Shown: positions 37,701-47,274 of the stretch, in pieces
Layout: every line of letters starts with the position of its first letter
How positions within the stretch are numbered: the first letter of the stretch is position 1
IMG/VR virus record: IMGVR_UViG_3300025133_000037
Span: 32,001 to 96,000 of that record
Direction: 5' to 3' (one strand)
DNA from: a virus
DNA: 64,000 bases
Notes under the pieces: model-generated
Database searches by the model: none
What the model saw: only the letters and a program-made list of their open reading frames with translations
Told to the model about the DNA's origin: nothing
Position numbers and translations under genes: made by a program

Positions 37701-40700
37701 TATCCTCAACCGCCTTAGCCGTATTTACTAGCGCCCTTATGATCAAATAAATATTAGCCTCAATTTCATCATCATATCTTTCTCTGAATAAAATCGGCTC
37801 ACCAACCAGTCTTCCCTCTATATCAAGGGTTGTTGCCATCCTCAAAAAATCTCTGCACGAAATCAGAAGAGACTTCAATACCTCTCCTACGGGAGTTGTT
37901 ATTCTCAGCACCCCTGCCGCTTGATCTTTTAGGTATTCATTTTCTCGACCTAATATAAAGAAGTCTTCGTTATCATTCTGGACGGCCAGACTAGCCCTAC
38001 CCTGAGCCCCAAGGCCTCGACCATCTTCTTGGTCATCCATTGAATCTTCTAACCCAGTATTAGATTCTATAAACACTGTAGTCTTAGGATCCTTAGTCTC
38101 CCTTGGCCTTGCAGTACTCCACCTAGCCCTCTGTTCAGAGCCCCAAATATAATCTCTTGATATTGCCCCAAATGTATATAGCCTCTTGGATCCAGGAACG
38201 CCAAAGGCTACTCGCTTTACCTTATCGACCCTATCCACCCACTCTGAATATTCAAAAAACCGTTCTGAATCTGAGCCCAAAAGATCCTCTGGAGATAGTT
38301 CAACAATATAATGATCTCCTTGGTTTGAGAATAATCTTGTAGATATATCAAAATTATCTAAACCCTCTGACGAAAGGAGGCCCGAACGAGCGATCTGGCG
38401 CTTGTTATAAACAGAGCCGCGTCTATTAGATAGGCTAATTCCAGTATGTGTTCTTCCAAAGTAAAGGGAATCCTTAACGGAGAATTTGTGGCCATGTCTG
38501 CACACTAAAACTAAATCTTGCAATATTTCCATACGGCTCTTGCCTGTATGTCTGACCTTTTTATCCAAATCTACCGGACTAGCCATAGCTAGGGAAAGTA
38601 AACCTGAAAGCTTGTCTAGACGACCAGCAGACTCTAATTCATCAATTGCCGCCTCTGGACTTGAGGCATTGGAAAGGAAGGGAATAATGTCGCTAACCTC
38701 CACTCCCATAGATATCAAGGCCTCAATAAAGTCCTTCATATTATCCATAGACTCTGACACAATAGATTTTAATAATTCCGAAAATAAGCTCCTGTCGAAG
38801 GATGACAGACTTACATGGGCTCCGCAGACAAGATATGACAAGGTCCCTTCTTCTGGAAGAGAATACCCGCCAAGACCATCACTGGGCGGATGCAATTGTG
38901 ATGAGTCATGATCTATGACTATACTTTTGTCGCCAGCCTCTATAAGGGCTAATTTATCCGCAGATATTGGGCCAGATATTGGGCTTGCAATAAACGAAAA
39001 CTGATTTAATAATTCTTCATGATCACTTATCGTACCACCTTCTTCCCCCAATATCCTGGTGGGACAATTGAAGTATTTGTTAGAGAACTTCCATCCTCCA
39101 GCCCTTCTTTTCTCTAGCTCGGACAAAATATCTTGCGCGACCTCCGTTGTTATGAGCCCCTCTTCTACCGCTTGGTCTAAATGACCCTCGATGTCACCAG
39201 CTGAACCGCCTGCAGTCTGCAACTCCCATGCTGACGGAACTCCTGCGGAAGAATCAAAAATTGGAGATAAATCTATATCCAAACCACAGGTCTGGTCTTT
39301 AACAGACAGCTTGTCTGCCCTTAGTTCTGGCGGTCTATCACTTGCATTTGAATAAGGGCATCTAAATCTTTTGTCTGAAATCTGCACCTCGCCACCAGGG
39401 ATTCTCGCGGCTCCCATCGTCTTTAGGGCCCAAGCCTGCCTCCGGACACCCTCGGCATGTACATCTCTAGAGCCAGACGAAACCATCTGCCCTATCTCCG
39501 CCCAAGTCTTTGAACCCGCCCCCACTTGCGCGAGAGTTGGCGGCGGCTCAAACCTGATGTGGTTTCCGTCCTCGTCTACTTGCTGCAGCATATCTGTAGT
39601 TATTAATTGCCCATCTGCATGCCTTACTAGGCTATACATTTGAGTTTTATATTCCGAATATGCCTCTGGACTAATAGATCCAGACTTTCTGCTCTGCCCA
39701 TATGACTCTTTACTCTTTCTTGTGTAAATACTCTTTCCACAAACAGAGCAATCTGCATAATTCCAGCTAGTAGTTACTCTTTCCGAAACAACATTAACAA
39801 CTCCTTCTCTGATTTTATCTCTTGATATTTGGCTTGTCATATATCTACAAAATGATTTAGATACCCAAGCGGCTCTCGACTGTCTCGTGAAGAAATTACG
39901 AATTTTTCTTTTTATTTCAGCTTGAATCTTTTCTTCAAACGGCTCTTCATATGTGGTCCAGCTCTCTCTAAACTTAACCTTTGACGCATTTTTATCTCCA
40001 CCCTTTAGATGATATACTTGAGCCTCTAGGTCTATGAAAACAATTTGGTTGACCACCTCTAACAGCAGCTTAAAAACCTCAGACCTACTGTCTCTTATTA
40101 TTTTGGAAACAGAAAATGCCTGAGTTCTTAGAAGGTCCCCTGTATTAACCTCCCCCGATCTACCCATCTCATATAACTCATGAGAAATATACTCGTCTCT
40201 CTTTTTTATAGCAGAGACAAGGTCGTCTAATTGATCTGAAATTATCTGTCTTTTTATTTCAGCCGTTTCGACCAACCTCTTTGCCGAAATAGTAAATCCA
40301 TCCTCCGAAAAAACTAAAGAAGCAGAATTCAAATCCTTCTTAGCGTCTTGTGATCTTTCTCTTATCTGGGCCAGCCTATTAAGTATGGCCTGACGAATTG
40401 CCTGTATCTTTCCGATTGACATGACAGCATGAGGCTTGCCATTGACATCCTCTATCATATAGCCAGCTGCATCATCGCCTAGTTCAGAAAAAATATCATA
40501 AAAATTCAAAGCTGTAACGGAATTTTCTTCCGCGCTTTCTATTGCACCGTTTAGCCTTGCCTCATAAGTCTCTGGAGAATCTTCTTGCCTATAAAACTTT
40601 GTATCAATAGCAACATTAAGATATATATTTTTAGTAGGAGTTGCGTCATATAGGTGCATATATTGCTTTCTAGTTATTTCACGTATCGGCTCAAGGCTCT

Positions 40701-41340
40701 CCCATTCAAGGCGACCTGTGTCTGGAACCTCATCCTTTGGGGCAAGCTCTTCTTCTAATTCGATATTTTCCCAGGCATCATTAATTATGTCCCAAGAATC
40801 CCTCAGAAAAGCTGGCAGTCCATATTCTTTTATAAAAAACTCAATGGCTAACATAAGATTTTTATTTTTATCATATGCCTGATATGCATTATAACCAGCC
40901 GCCGAATTCATCATGGACCCAAGGCTGACCTCTAATCCGTTAATGCCCCCGTCAATAAGCCCCTTGGACAAAGCTGCCGTAACATCAACCTCTTCCCTTA
41001 CCCTTTCCTCGCCTGGCATAAAGGATTCGCCTTGAATTTCATCTGGTCGGGAGTCTTCAAACCAGCCACTTTCAGGATCATAATCGGTGTCTGACCGTCC
41101 GCCATAAGTAAGATCACGATCAACCCCGGCCTCCTCTGGGACAAACCCCTCCTCTTGTTCTTCATCAGGCTCCTGATGGCTTAACAAGCTATTCAAGATG
41201 TCTACATTGCTCTTCAGATGTCCGTGATAATCTTCTAAGGCAATCTTAAAATCCTGCTCATTAGCCTCGCCATCTATACCGTGGCTCGTTTTAAGCGCAG
41301 CCTTTATATCATTAACCTTCCTAATTACATTAACGCTCAT
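34723..41340 (-). CDS. Very large hypothetical protein (2205 aa)
   Basis: Uninterrupted 6.6-kb ORF; dispersed Cys/His knuckles (CSVCG, CPY, CG, CPT, CGAH, CRHGH); no family recognised. Confidence 0.85.
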   Translation of the reverse strand: MSVNVIRKVNDIKAALKTSHGIDGEANEQDFKIALEDYHGHLKSNVDILNSLLSHQEPDEEQEEGFVPEEAGVDRDLTYGGRSDTDYDPESGWFEDSRPDEIQGESFMPGEERVREEVDVTAALSKGLIDGGINGLEVSLGSMMNSAAGYNAYQAYDKNKNLMLAIEFFIKEYGLPAFLRDSWDIINDAWENIELEEELAPKDEVPDTGRLEWESLEPIREITRKQYMHLYDATPTKNIYLNVAIDTKFYRQEDSPETYEARLNGAIESAEENSVTALNFYDIFSELGDDAAGYMIEDVNGKPHAVMSIGKIQAIRQAILNRLAQIRERSQDAKKDLNSASLVFSEDGFTISAKRLVETAEIKRQIISDQLDDLVSAIKKRDEYISHELYEMGRSGEVNTGDLLRTQAFSVSKIIRDSRSEVFKLLLEVVNQIVFIDLEAQVYHLKGGDKNASKVKFRESWTTYEEPFEEKIQAEIKRKIRNFFTRQSRAAWVSKSFCRYMTSQISRDKIREGVVNVVSERVTTSWNYADCSVCGKSIYTRKSKESYGQSRKSGSISPEAYSEYKTQMYSLVRHADGQLITTDMLQQVDEDGNHIRFEPPPTLAQVGAGSKTWAEIGQMVSSGSRDVHAEGVRRQAWALKTMGAARIPGGEVQISDKRFRCPYSNASDRPPELRADKLSVKDQTCGLDIDLSPIFDSSAGVPSAWELQTAGGSAGDIEGHLDQAVEEGLITTEVAQDILSELEKRRAGGWKFSNKYFNCPTRILGEEGGTISDHEELLNQFSFIASPISGPISADKLALIEAGDKSIVIDHDSSQLHPPSDGLGGYSLPEEGTLSYLVCGAHVSLSSFDRSLFSELLKSIVSESMDNMKDFIEALISMGVEVSDIIPFLSNASSPEAAIDELESAGRLDKLSGLLSLAMASPVDLDKKVRHTGKSRMEILQDLVLVCRHGHKFSVKDSLYFGRTHTGISLSNRRGSVYNKRQIARSGLLSSEGLDNFDISTRLFSNQGDHYIVELSPEDLLGSDSERFFEYSEWVDRVDKVKRVAFGVPGSKRLYTFGAISRDYIWGSEQRARWSTARPRETKDPKTTVFIESNTGLEDSMDDQEDGRGLGAQGRASLAVQNDNEDFFILGRENEYLKDQAAGVLRITTPVGEVLKSLLISCRDFLRMATTLDIEGRLVGEPILFRERYDDEIEANIYLIIRALVNTAKAVEDKEDIVDDAFAIVRGGLLEALYDVDHRFLAYLGRAFHKELIVEMSKAVLIAARNRHGAEAVERYRRTLFSRGTGGSSLDVQSIRGIMMEDASVSDVLTRITNALTISLGGSESKKIVDPGATTDKVVKMRGQEYMGRVIHAASAFYLADVISRIYNMYMKDPRAMAYVGYDIGVDLSSPDKIIALSDSDIQAVVVGVSSDIAKKIDSERRQKERYKIKDESQEVDFESAWYQRHYDNINKCLMALRAQAAHVMAACTSRPYQLKAVDYIRSSLTEVVDAEEEAGEATESSSKARAIIDNVLTNIPFTSIGMSHDGKYARFHQGVRQRTSGSKGRGERGKRFNYQTSDEDVSFELIPPFAAVIADFNGPEDYFPIYVLTERGAIYHQFDINVPEPPSNNFVYVLCKSNIPGSIELEDVVLPDSYSESGWMVLSVDRRDKRFIFEASSRKSVKLVKNKGIKEGISLINHPATKSVESDGVVIGYVNEELGFDTTRGFYVGSMSTRSGADLSFPPTQMGFGVNSVGVPIPLDYRGEDVTKNATDIPIASARIPVSLLGSSPGPMIDIEMSDLLQRSPKDEAFEILREIERVYVAYEAELREQKIVNIGRPDVGDPEVNQHVKPWGGGLIESEKEKVRLRYRKIIRALFDQYRGMPYNVVKTGCGTKTSHTNAERKIMLETGGKAPSRASRYSVRNSYYIPFVDFVLMHRFLTRECFSPEWGGHQLWSPEENLEQVNEKRDAIEQFVINAHGLNTLAAQLIKILDAAGDQPGMNIRNIHVTDMLDPYNRLIRTGKVSEKEALKYFGLKLENIDEFGYVVGFNNNATVNMIKHFRDWAYSPGQFYFIGQKDAAEEESDCYINVMNIIFPRPKDKDRIALVQDPAEDGVMTTDDMYDYTTKIMRGFPSTSRFYPGGGVKAKKTGGVIGAYLYAGAIGEYLRSRMEEDLVDIKDRFGAYKKGGVQMIGHIKYSKKLKTDLYRGGIIMDAKLYALWNLITK

Positions 41341-41349
41341 GTCTTCCCT

Positions 41350-42696
41350 CTATTCTCCAAAGCCTGTTACTCGGACTACCCTATCTGCGGCACTCATCCC
41401 CCGGCTCGCCAGAGGATTAAAAAGAGTTTTATAATCATTCTTTATTTGTTTTATTAGTAAGTCTACCCAAGAACATGCCTGCTTAATGTGGTCTGATTCC
41501 GATCTAGTTGCTGCAACTAATATTTTACTAAATTTTGAACATATAATAATCTCTCCATTTGATGTTTTGTTTATCCTTTCCGTCAAGGCCTTATCGGAAA
41601 AGTCTATTGACCCGACGAGAGGCTCTTTATCTAAGGATAATAGTGCCAAAACCTCTCTTAAAAGAAATGGATTATCTATATGATTATTCATACTCCATAT
41701 GGGCTTGGTTGATATTGCCTTATAATATTCTTTATTTTTATTATAATTATAAAAACTTTTTTCAACGATTGGAGTCAGCAGAGTTCCCGACTCACTCCAT
41801 AACTCTATGTGCAATAAGCTTATAGCCTCATTCCCAACCCTATTAATTGGGGTGATAATCGAAAACCCCCTCTCTACAAAGCGCTTTCTAATTGGCCTTC
41901 CAGATTCTTTAAAAAATGACATATCTATAGGTAGAACTCTTTCTATCTTATAAGAATTAGAGTGTTTATTTATCAAATTAACCAACGGATATACTGAGTG
42001 TACAAAGTTATTATGGCCCAGAGTCCCATTTATCAATAACGGAACCTCTTTTATTCCATCATTATAATATTTAAAAATATTAAACTTTATATTTTCAAGA
42101 ATAGAGTTAAGCTTATATCTTGCTGAGTCATATATGGTGGCGGATATTTCTTTGTTAGAATCTAATATATCTTTTGCAGACTGCACTTCGTGATATATAT
42201 ACCTGCCCAAAGCATAAATTAAAATTTGTATTCTGGCTCGCTCCTTAGATATGGCGGCCCCCTCTGCTTCCAGCAAGCTGTCAACACCCTCTGATCTAAG
42301 CTCTTTGCTTACCTTTGATTTTATATATTCATTTTGAATAATATTAACTTCTTGAAGAGTTTTTTCCAACAAGGTCTTATGTAGCTTTTCATAAAAAGCG
42401 ATTTTATCTCGCAGGTTATCTAATTGACTCGCTGATATTACCCTCGTTTTATCCAAACTCTCAGATGAATAGGCTTTATTAAATTCCGCCCTATCTAGGC
42501 GAAATAGATTTAAAGCATCTTTTAATTCATTAATGTTTTCGGCTTTAATCTTGTGAAATGGATATGAAATAAAATCCGACTCAATCGAAAGAAGTCTTGT
42601 CTTATAAGGCTTCTCTGGCCCTTTTCTTAATAGAGTTATTTTATATTTAGATATAGATTTCTCTTCATCTATATATTTTAATAATTCTTTCTTCAT
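41350..42696 (-). CDS. Hypothetical protein
   Basis: 448 aa, Lys/Ile-rich; start overlaps the sigma gene stop. Confidence 0.8.
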   Translation of the reverse strand: MKKELLKYIDEEKSISKYKITLLRKGPEKPYKTRLLSIESDFISYPFHKIKAENINELKDALNLFRLDRAEFNKAYSSESLDKTRVISASQLDNLRDKIAFYEKLHKTLLEKTLQEVNIIQNEYIKSKVSKELRSEGVDSLLEAEGAAISKERARIQILIYALGRYIYHEVQSAKDILDSNKEISATIYDSARYKLNSILENIKFNIFKYYNDGIKEVPLLINGTLGHNNFVHSVYPLVNLINKHSNSYKIERVLPIDMSFFKESGRPIRKRFVERGFSIITPINRVGNEAISLLHIELWSESGTLLTPIVEKSFYNYNKNKEYYKAISTKPIWSMNNHIDNPFLLREVLALLSLDKEPLVGSIDFSDKALTERINKTSNGEIIICSKFSKILVAATRSESDHIKQACSWVDLLIKQIKNDYKTLFNPLASRGMSAADRVVRVTGFGE

Positions 42697-43466
42697 TATT
42701 TATCAAGATATTCAGATAATAGATCGTTTATTATCTTATAACGACTTAATTTCTTAAGCCTCATGCTGGCAGCCCATCCCGTAAGGCCAACTTCGTTTGC
42801 AGCATCTTTTATAGAATATCCCTCCAAGCAAACCATCTTTAATATTAAGAATGTTTTCTCGTCAATTGTTTTTGACAATTTATTTATCGCCATTTCTAAC
42901 TCAACATCGTCATATGATGATGTGCCGCCCGAGTAAAGACTGTCTGAATTAGACAGAGAGTTTTGAAACTCCCCATATTCCTCTCCACTCCCAGGATCTG
43001 TCTTTGGCATTGCGCTAAAAATAAGCTCCTCTCTTGATCTGCGATATACCTGCTTATGTTGAGCCCCGCAAACATTGCATGTATAACAAGACTTCCCCTT
43101 GGCAATCACTCCTCCGCAGGAGCACATCTCTACCTTCCCCTTCTCTGAAAGACCATAGGCATCATTAGATAATTTGTTTACACTCTTGAGCTTTGAGACC
43201 AACTTATTTCTTAAGTGCGTATGTAAAAATGTACTTAATTTTACTTTTTTACTAGGGTCATATGCATTAACTCCTTCAATTATAATCAAAGATAGCTCTT
43301 GCTTTATATCCTCAAAAGTATATCCTGACATATATGTCTTTGATGCCCATTTGCACAAAAGAGGATCAATCCTTTCGAGCACACGTGCATACCCCTCTTT
43401 TGTACGAGTGTTTATCCACACCTCCTCTTCATACATTTTAACAATGCCTTCAAATTCTTTTTTCAT
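42696..43466 (-). CDS. Phage sigma70-family factor with inserted Zn ribbon
   Basis: Region 2 EDIKQEL..IIEGVNAYDPSKKVKLSTFL...LRN; region 4 LEGYSIKDAANEVG; CSCGG...CNVCG between them. Confidence 0.8.
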   Translation of the reverse strand: MKKEFEGIVKMYEEEVWINTRTKEGYARVLERIDPLLCKWASKTYMSGYTFEDIKQELSLIIIEGVNAYDPSKKVKLSTFLHTHLRNKLVSKLKSVNKLSNDAYGLSEKGKVEMCSCGGVIAKGKSCYTCNVCGAQHKQVYRRSREELIFSAMPKTDPGSGEEYGEFQNSLSNSDSLYSGGTSSYDDVELEMAINKLSKTIDEKTFLILKMVCLEGYSIKDAANEVGLTGWAASMRLKKLSRYKIINDLLSEYLDK

Positions 43467-43474
43467 ATGCCCCC

Positions 43475-44239
43475 CTATTCGGCCCATGCATCTTGACATA
43501 TAGCCCTGTAATCACACCACCGACATAATATAGAAGGCTTTTTAACCCAGGTAGAATCTGTATCTATATAGCCGGCCTTTTTTAGAATTGTTTTTCTACA
43601 CGCCCCAAGGTCATCCAGAGTAAATGTGTAATCTTTGGTCGAGCAATTATGCTTCAACATTAAATAAGATCCATGAACAACCTCTACATCCTTGAACCTT
43701 CTTCTTAAAGCCTCCGCATATACCAGAAGTTGAAATCCAGTTAAATACTTCATATTCTTACTGGTCTTATAGTCGAGTACTCGATATTCCCCAGGCCCAA
43801 CTCTGTCCACCCTGTCAATAAATCCTCTTACGGTTGTGTCATCATTTATCTTGAAATTAAAAGGCATCTCTATACCTATTACGTCCGGCAAGCCTTCCGA
43901 CCTCACCTTGTCTAGGTAAGTTTGCATTATTTCTCTTAACGCAATTAAGCCAGATTGGTCGCCGTTAGGCATCCAGACTGGCTCCTCTAGTATGGATAGA
44001 TCAAACTCTTTCACCCCCTTCTTAAAGCATTCTTTTAGCAAAATAGAATACTGACTTGGGTCTGTATTACTCTCCTTTACCTCCTTGTGAAATAGCTCTA
44101 AGATCAGATGGGCACATGATCCAAACTCTGTGAATCCCCACTTTGCCTGCGGAACATCTGGCTTTTCAATATATCTATAATGATATTTCTTTGGGCACTT
44201 TGTATAGGTGTCCATTGACGATACTGATAACTTTAACAA
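43475..44239 (-). CDS. PD-(D/E)xK nuclease, Cas4/AddB-like
   Basis: LSVSS...CPKKY, GSCAH, RGFIDRVD, LDYKT, QLLVYA, CRWCDYRAIC. Confidence 0.9.
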   Translation of the reverse strand: MLKLSVSSMDTYTKCPKKYHYRYIEKPDVPQAKWGFTEFGSCAHLILELFHKEVKESNTDPSQYSILLKECFKKGVKEFDLSILEEPVWMPNGDQSGLIALREIMQTYLDKVRSEGLPDVIGIEMPFNFKINDDTTVRGFIDRVDRVGPGEYRVLDYKTSKNMKYLTGFQLLVYAEALRRRFKDVEVVHGSYLMLKHNCSTKDYTFTLDDLGACRKTILKKAGYIDTDSTWVKKPSILCRWCDYRAICQDAWAE

Positions 44240-44256
44240 AACAACTCCTAAATTTT

Positions 44257-45132
44257 CTAAAAAATCTGGCTTAACGACCTATCTTGAACCCACCTATATA
44301 CAAAGGAATTCGAAGCTTTATTCGAGCCCTTTACCTTTGTCCTTTCAACTCTTTGAATAGACTTTATCCACCTTGATTCAAGACTCTCCCAGTAGTAAGA
44401 TACATAAATTCCTGTTTTCTGATTATAAAAACTATTTACATAGTTCCCAGTTACAATCGGCTCCTTTTCCCCTAACCTCTCATCATAAAACTTTGTCGTC
44501 GGTCCAAATGTACTATAAGTACGGTTTACAATTTTGACAACTTGATTTTCCGCTAACTCATCAGTGGAGCCGTCCATTATAATAAACTTTGCCTTCGGAT
44601 CGAACTCCGCATTGTCATTCACGTAAGAGACTGAAAAGCTATCATCTGATGATAAAACCGAAGGAAAGTTTATAAAAGATACAGAGGTTTTCCCGCCCTC
44701 AGTCTGAACTCCATCTGAATCAACAGAAGATGCCTTTATGTCCAAATCTTCAAACGAGATAGCAGATGTCTGTGAGGGACCTCCATCTGAATCAACAGAT
44801 AACGTTTCAACGGCATCTTCTCCGTATGGCAAAATTATAATGCCTTCGTCGCCAATGTGTCTTGGGCCAGATAAATCTGTAGAGTCTGTGCTGTATTCCT
44901 CTTCTAAAATTGCAGAAGAATCTTCCGAAGATATAGCCATAGCCTTGAGCGACACTGACCCCCCGTCTGTTGGCAGATAAACTCGACCCACAGCTATCAA
45001 AGAGCTTGCATCAGGAGTTGTGCCATCTAAAGTGTAAAAAACCGTAGCTGGTTTGCTTGTAGAAAACTCTACATACGCTGGCACGCCAGAAATATATTCT
45101 TCTACACTCTCTTCTAAAGTTAAAACAATCAT
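44257..45132 (-). CDS. Probable virion protein with Fn3-associated/chitobiase C-terminal-like domain
   Basis: ATVFYTLDGTTP...LKAMA motif. Confidence 0.65.
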   Translation of the reverse strand: MIVLTLEESVEEYISGVPAYVEFSTSKPATVFYTLDGTTPDASSLIAVGRVYLPTDGGSVSLKAMAISSEDSSAILEEEYSTDSTDLSGPRHIGDEGIIILPYGEDAVETLSVDSDGGPSQTSAISFEDLDIKASSVDSDGVQTEGGKTSVSFINFPSVLSSDDSFSVSYVNDNAEFDPKAKFIIMDGSTDELAENQVVKIVNRTYSTFGPTTKFYDERLGEKEPIVTGNYVNSFYNQKTGIYVSYYWESLESRWIKSIQRVERTKVKGSNKASNSFVYRWVQDRSLSQIF

Positions 45133-45156
45133 AAGTTACCTCGCAGAATATGTGAT

Positions 45157-45166
45157 AAAATTAGCA
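45157..45166 (-). promoter_or_regulatory. Candidate late-promoter element (TGCTAATTTT)
   Basis: Upstream of the putative virion gene at 45132. Confidence 0.4.
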
Positions 45167-45168
45167 TA

Positions 45169-47274
45169 CTATCTGGTAGTAAACTCCAGCTCACTTTCTC
45201 CATTAACCTTTGTTATATTAATTACATTATCAAACTTTTCCTTCAAAGATTCGTCGTGAGTTATAACTAGTATCTTATATTTATCCTCAAGAGATCTTAT
45301 AACGCTCACAAACAAAGTCTCTACGCCATATCTGTCCAGTGGCGAATTTACTTCATCTAATAGAAGAAACTCTAAGCTTGAACCTCCGTAGCGGCTAGAC
45401 ATGTCGCTTAAGGCAATCCTTAGCGCCAAAGATATCCTGAACTGCTCCCCTCCACTAAGCGACTTAAAGTTCTGCAAATGTCCGTCTTTACGAACTTTAA
45501 GATCCAGAGTTTCAATCACCGAGGACCCATCTGCACCGAGCCGTTGTGTCTCAAGGACTATAACGGCAGGTTCATTGCATATAGATGCAAGAATAGAATT
45601 TGCAGTCTTCTCCAGGTCCTCTATTACCGTATCAAGAAGTATCGCCTGGATTCCATTCTTTCCGAACATCTTTGATAGCTTTTCAAAAAGAGAGGCTCGT
45701 TTCATCTTTTCAGATATGCTTTTTTTATCCTTAAGCATCTTTGTCTCCCGCTCTACGAGCAAAGACTCTCTCTCCATAAGCCTTCCCATCTCCTTATCTT
45801 CATCAGAGATATTTTCAATCAACTCTTCACGCTCTGTCTTTAAAGCCTTTAATTTTTTACGAATACTTTGAAAGTCTTCATTTTTAATAGACTCAAGAAG
45901 CTCTTTGTTATTATTTACTTTAAAGTCTATATTTTCCAGCCTTATCTTTAGGCCACTCAAAGCCTCTGTGTGTTTTTGGAGATTTTCACCAACCAAACTT
46001 ATTTTATATTCTTCTGCCTCAACTTTATTCCTAATAAGCCTAAGGCCCTCGTTTTCTTTTTTTATTTTTAATAGGCTATCTATCTCTCCCTCTAAGATTA
46101 AGATCTCCTTATTAGACTCGCTCAGCCCAGCTTTATACTCTGCCTCGTTAGATTCGTAATCATTCTTAAGCTCTTTGTATAATGCATTGCCAATCGATTG
46201 CCTGCACACATAGCAATGATCTGGAGAGATATCCAGATCGCGCAAATTTTTAAGCATCTCTTCTGAGGAAGATTTTTGAGACTTATAGTGAGTAAGCTGC
46301 ACTCTTACGTCCTCTATTTTTCCGTCCGGTATGATCACCTCCTCCTTTCCGAGCAGAGAGGCCAAAAGGCTATCCCGTTCCTTTTTTAAAGTATCTTTTT
46401 CATTAGAATATTTTTGAACAAAAATATTTTGCTTTGACAATTGTTCTTGAACTATTTTGCGCTCGTCATTTAATGACGAGAGATGGTCAACAGCTCGATC
46501 ATAGGTATCGGTATCAAGAGACTTCTTAATTGTGACGTATTTCTTGCTCAACTCCTCTGCCTCTTTTGATATGACCTTCTTCTTAGCCTGAGCTACAGCA
46601 GACTTGCCCTTTGAAGCCTCTATCTCAACCCTGACTCCGGCAAGCCTTTCTGTAACTTGATCATAATCTTCTATAGACTTCTTTAAAACCTTGCATTCCA
46701 AACCTATGTCTCTAGCTACTTTCTTTGCGCTTTTCTCATAAGAATCCCACCTGGAGATATCAACTATAGATTTAAGTATCTCCTTCTTTCTAGAGGGCTC
46801 TGCATCTGCGAATTCAGATATATCATTTTGCCTAAAGTAAATAGAGTTTACAAAGGTTTTGTAGTCAAGCTTAATTATCGATTCTATCTTTGCATTTGTA
46901 TCACCAGAAGTAGAGCAAGATATATCGTTCCAATCCCCAGCCTTATCAAGATAAGAAAACTCAATAGTAGAGGTCGAATTCATTCTATTTCTATTTCTCT
47001 TAACTCTATAAATCTGAGAATTGTGCTTAAACTCTAATGTTACAGAGCACGTTGTCTCTCCCCACCTGATTATATCGTCCATCATTGAGGCTCTAGACTT
47101 GTTAAACAAGCACCACAAAACGGATTCAAAAATAGCGCTCTTTCCCGATCCGTTAGATTTGTCGTAATCACCTTCGGTATTTCCAATTAAGAGGGCTGAA
47201 TTAAATTTTGTAAAATCTACTTCACTATCTTTGTGAGAAAAGAAATTTTCCATTTTTAGCTTAATAGGTATCAT
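45169..47274 (-). CDS. sbcC: SbcC/Rad50-like ATPase
   Basis: NGSGKS Walker A, coiled coils with CYVC hook, LSGGE signature, LLLDE, ITH. Confidence 0.93.
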   Translation of the reverse strand: MIPIKLKMENFFSHKDSEVDFTKFNSALLIGNTEGDYDKSNGSGKSAIFESVLWCLFNKSRASMMDDIIRWGETTCSVTLEFKHNSQIYRVKRNRNRMNSTSTIEFSYLDKAGDWNDISCSTSGDTNAKIESIIKLDYKTFVNSIYFRQNDISEFADAEPSRKKEILKSIVDISRWDSYEKSAKKVARDIGLECKVLKKSIEDYDQVTERLAGVRVEIEASKGKSAVAQAKKKVISKEAEELSKKYVTIKKSLDTDTYDRAVDHLSSLNDERKIVQEQLSKQNIFVQKYSNEKDTLKKERDSLLASLLGKEEVIIPDGKIEDVRVQLTHYKSQKSSSEEMLKNLRDLDISPDHCYVCRQSIGNALYKELKNDYESNEAEYKAGLSESNKEILILEGEIDSLLKIKKENEGLRLIRNKVEAEEYKISLVGENLQKHTEALSGLKIRLENIDFKVNNNKELLESIKNEDFQSIRKKLKALKTEREELIENISDEDKEMGRLMERESLLVERETKMLKDKKSISEKMKRASLFEKLSKMFGKNGIQAILLDTVIEDLEKTANSILASICNEPAVIVLETQRLGADGSSVIETLDLKVRKDGHLQNFKSLSGGEQFRISLALRIALSDMSSRYGGSSLEFLLLDEVNSPLDRYGVETLFVSVIRSLEDKYKILVITHDESLKEKFDNVINITKVNGESELEFTTR

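Noticed and set aside
43475-44239. Cas4-like nuclease as a sign of CRISPR-Cas
   Set aside because: No repeat-spacer array or other cas genes were seen; solo Cas4-like nucleases are common in phages
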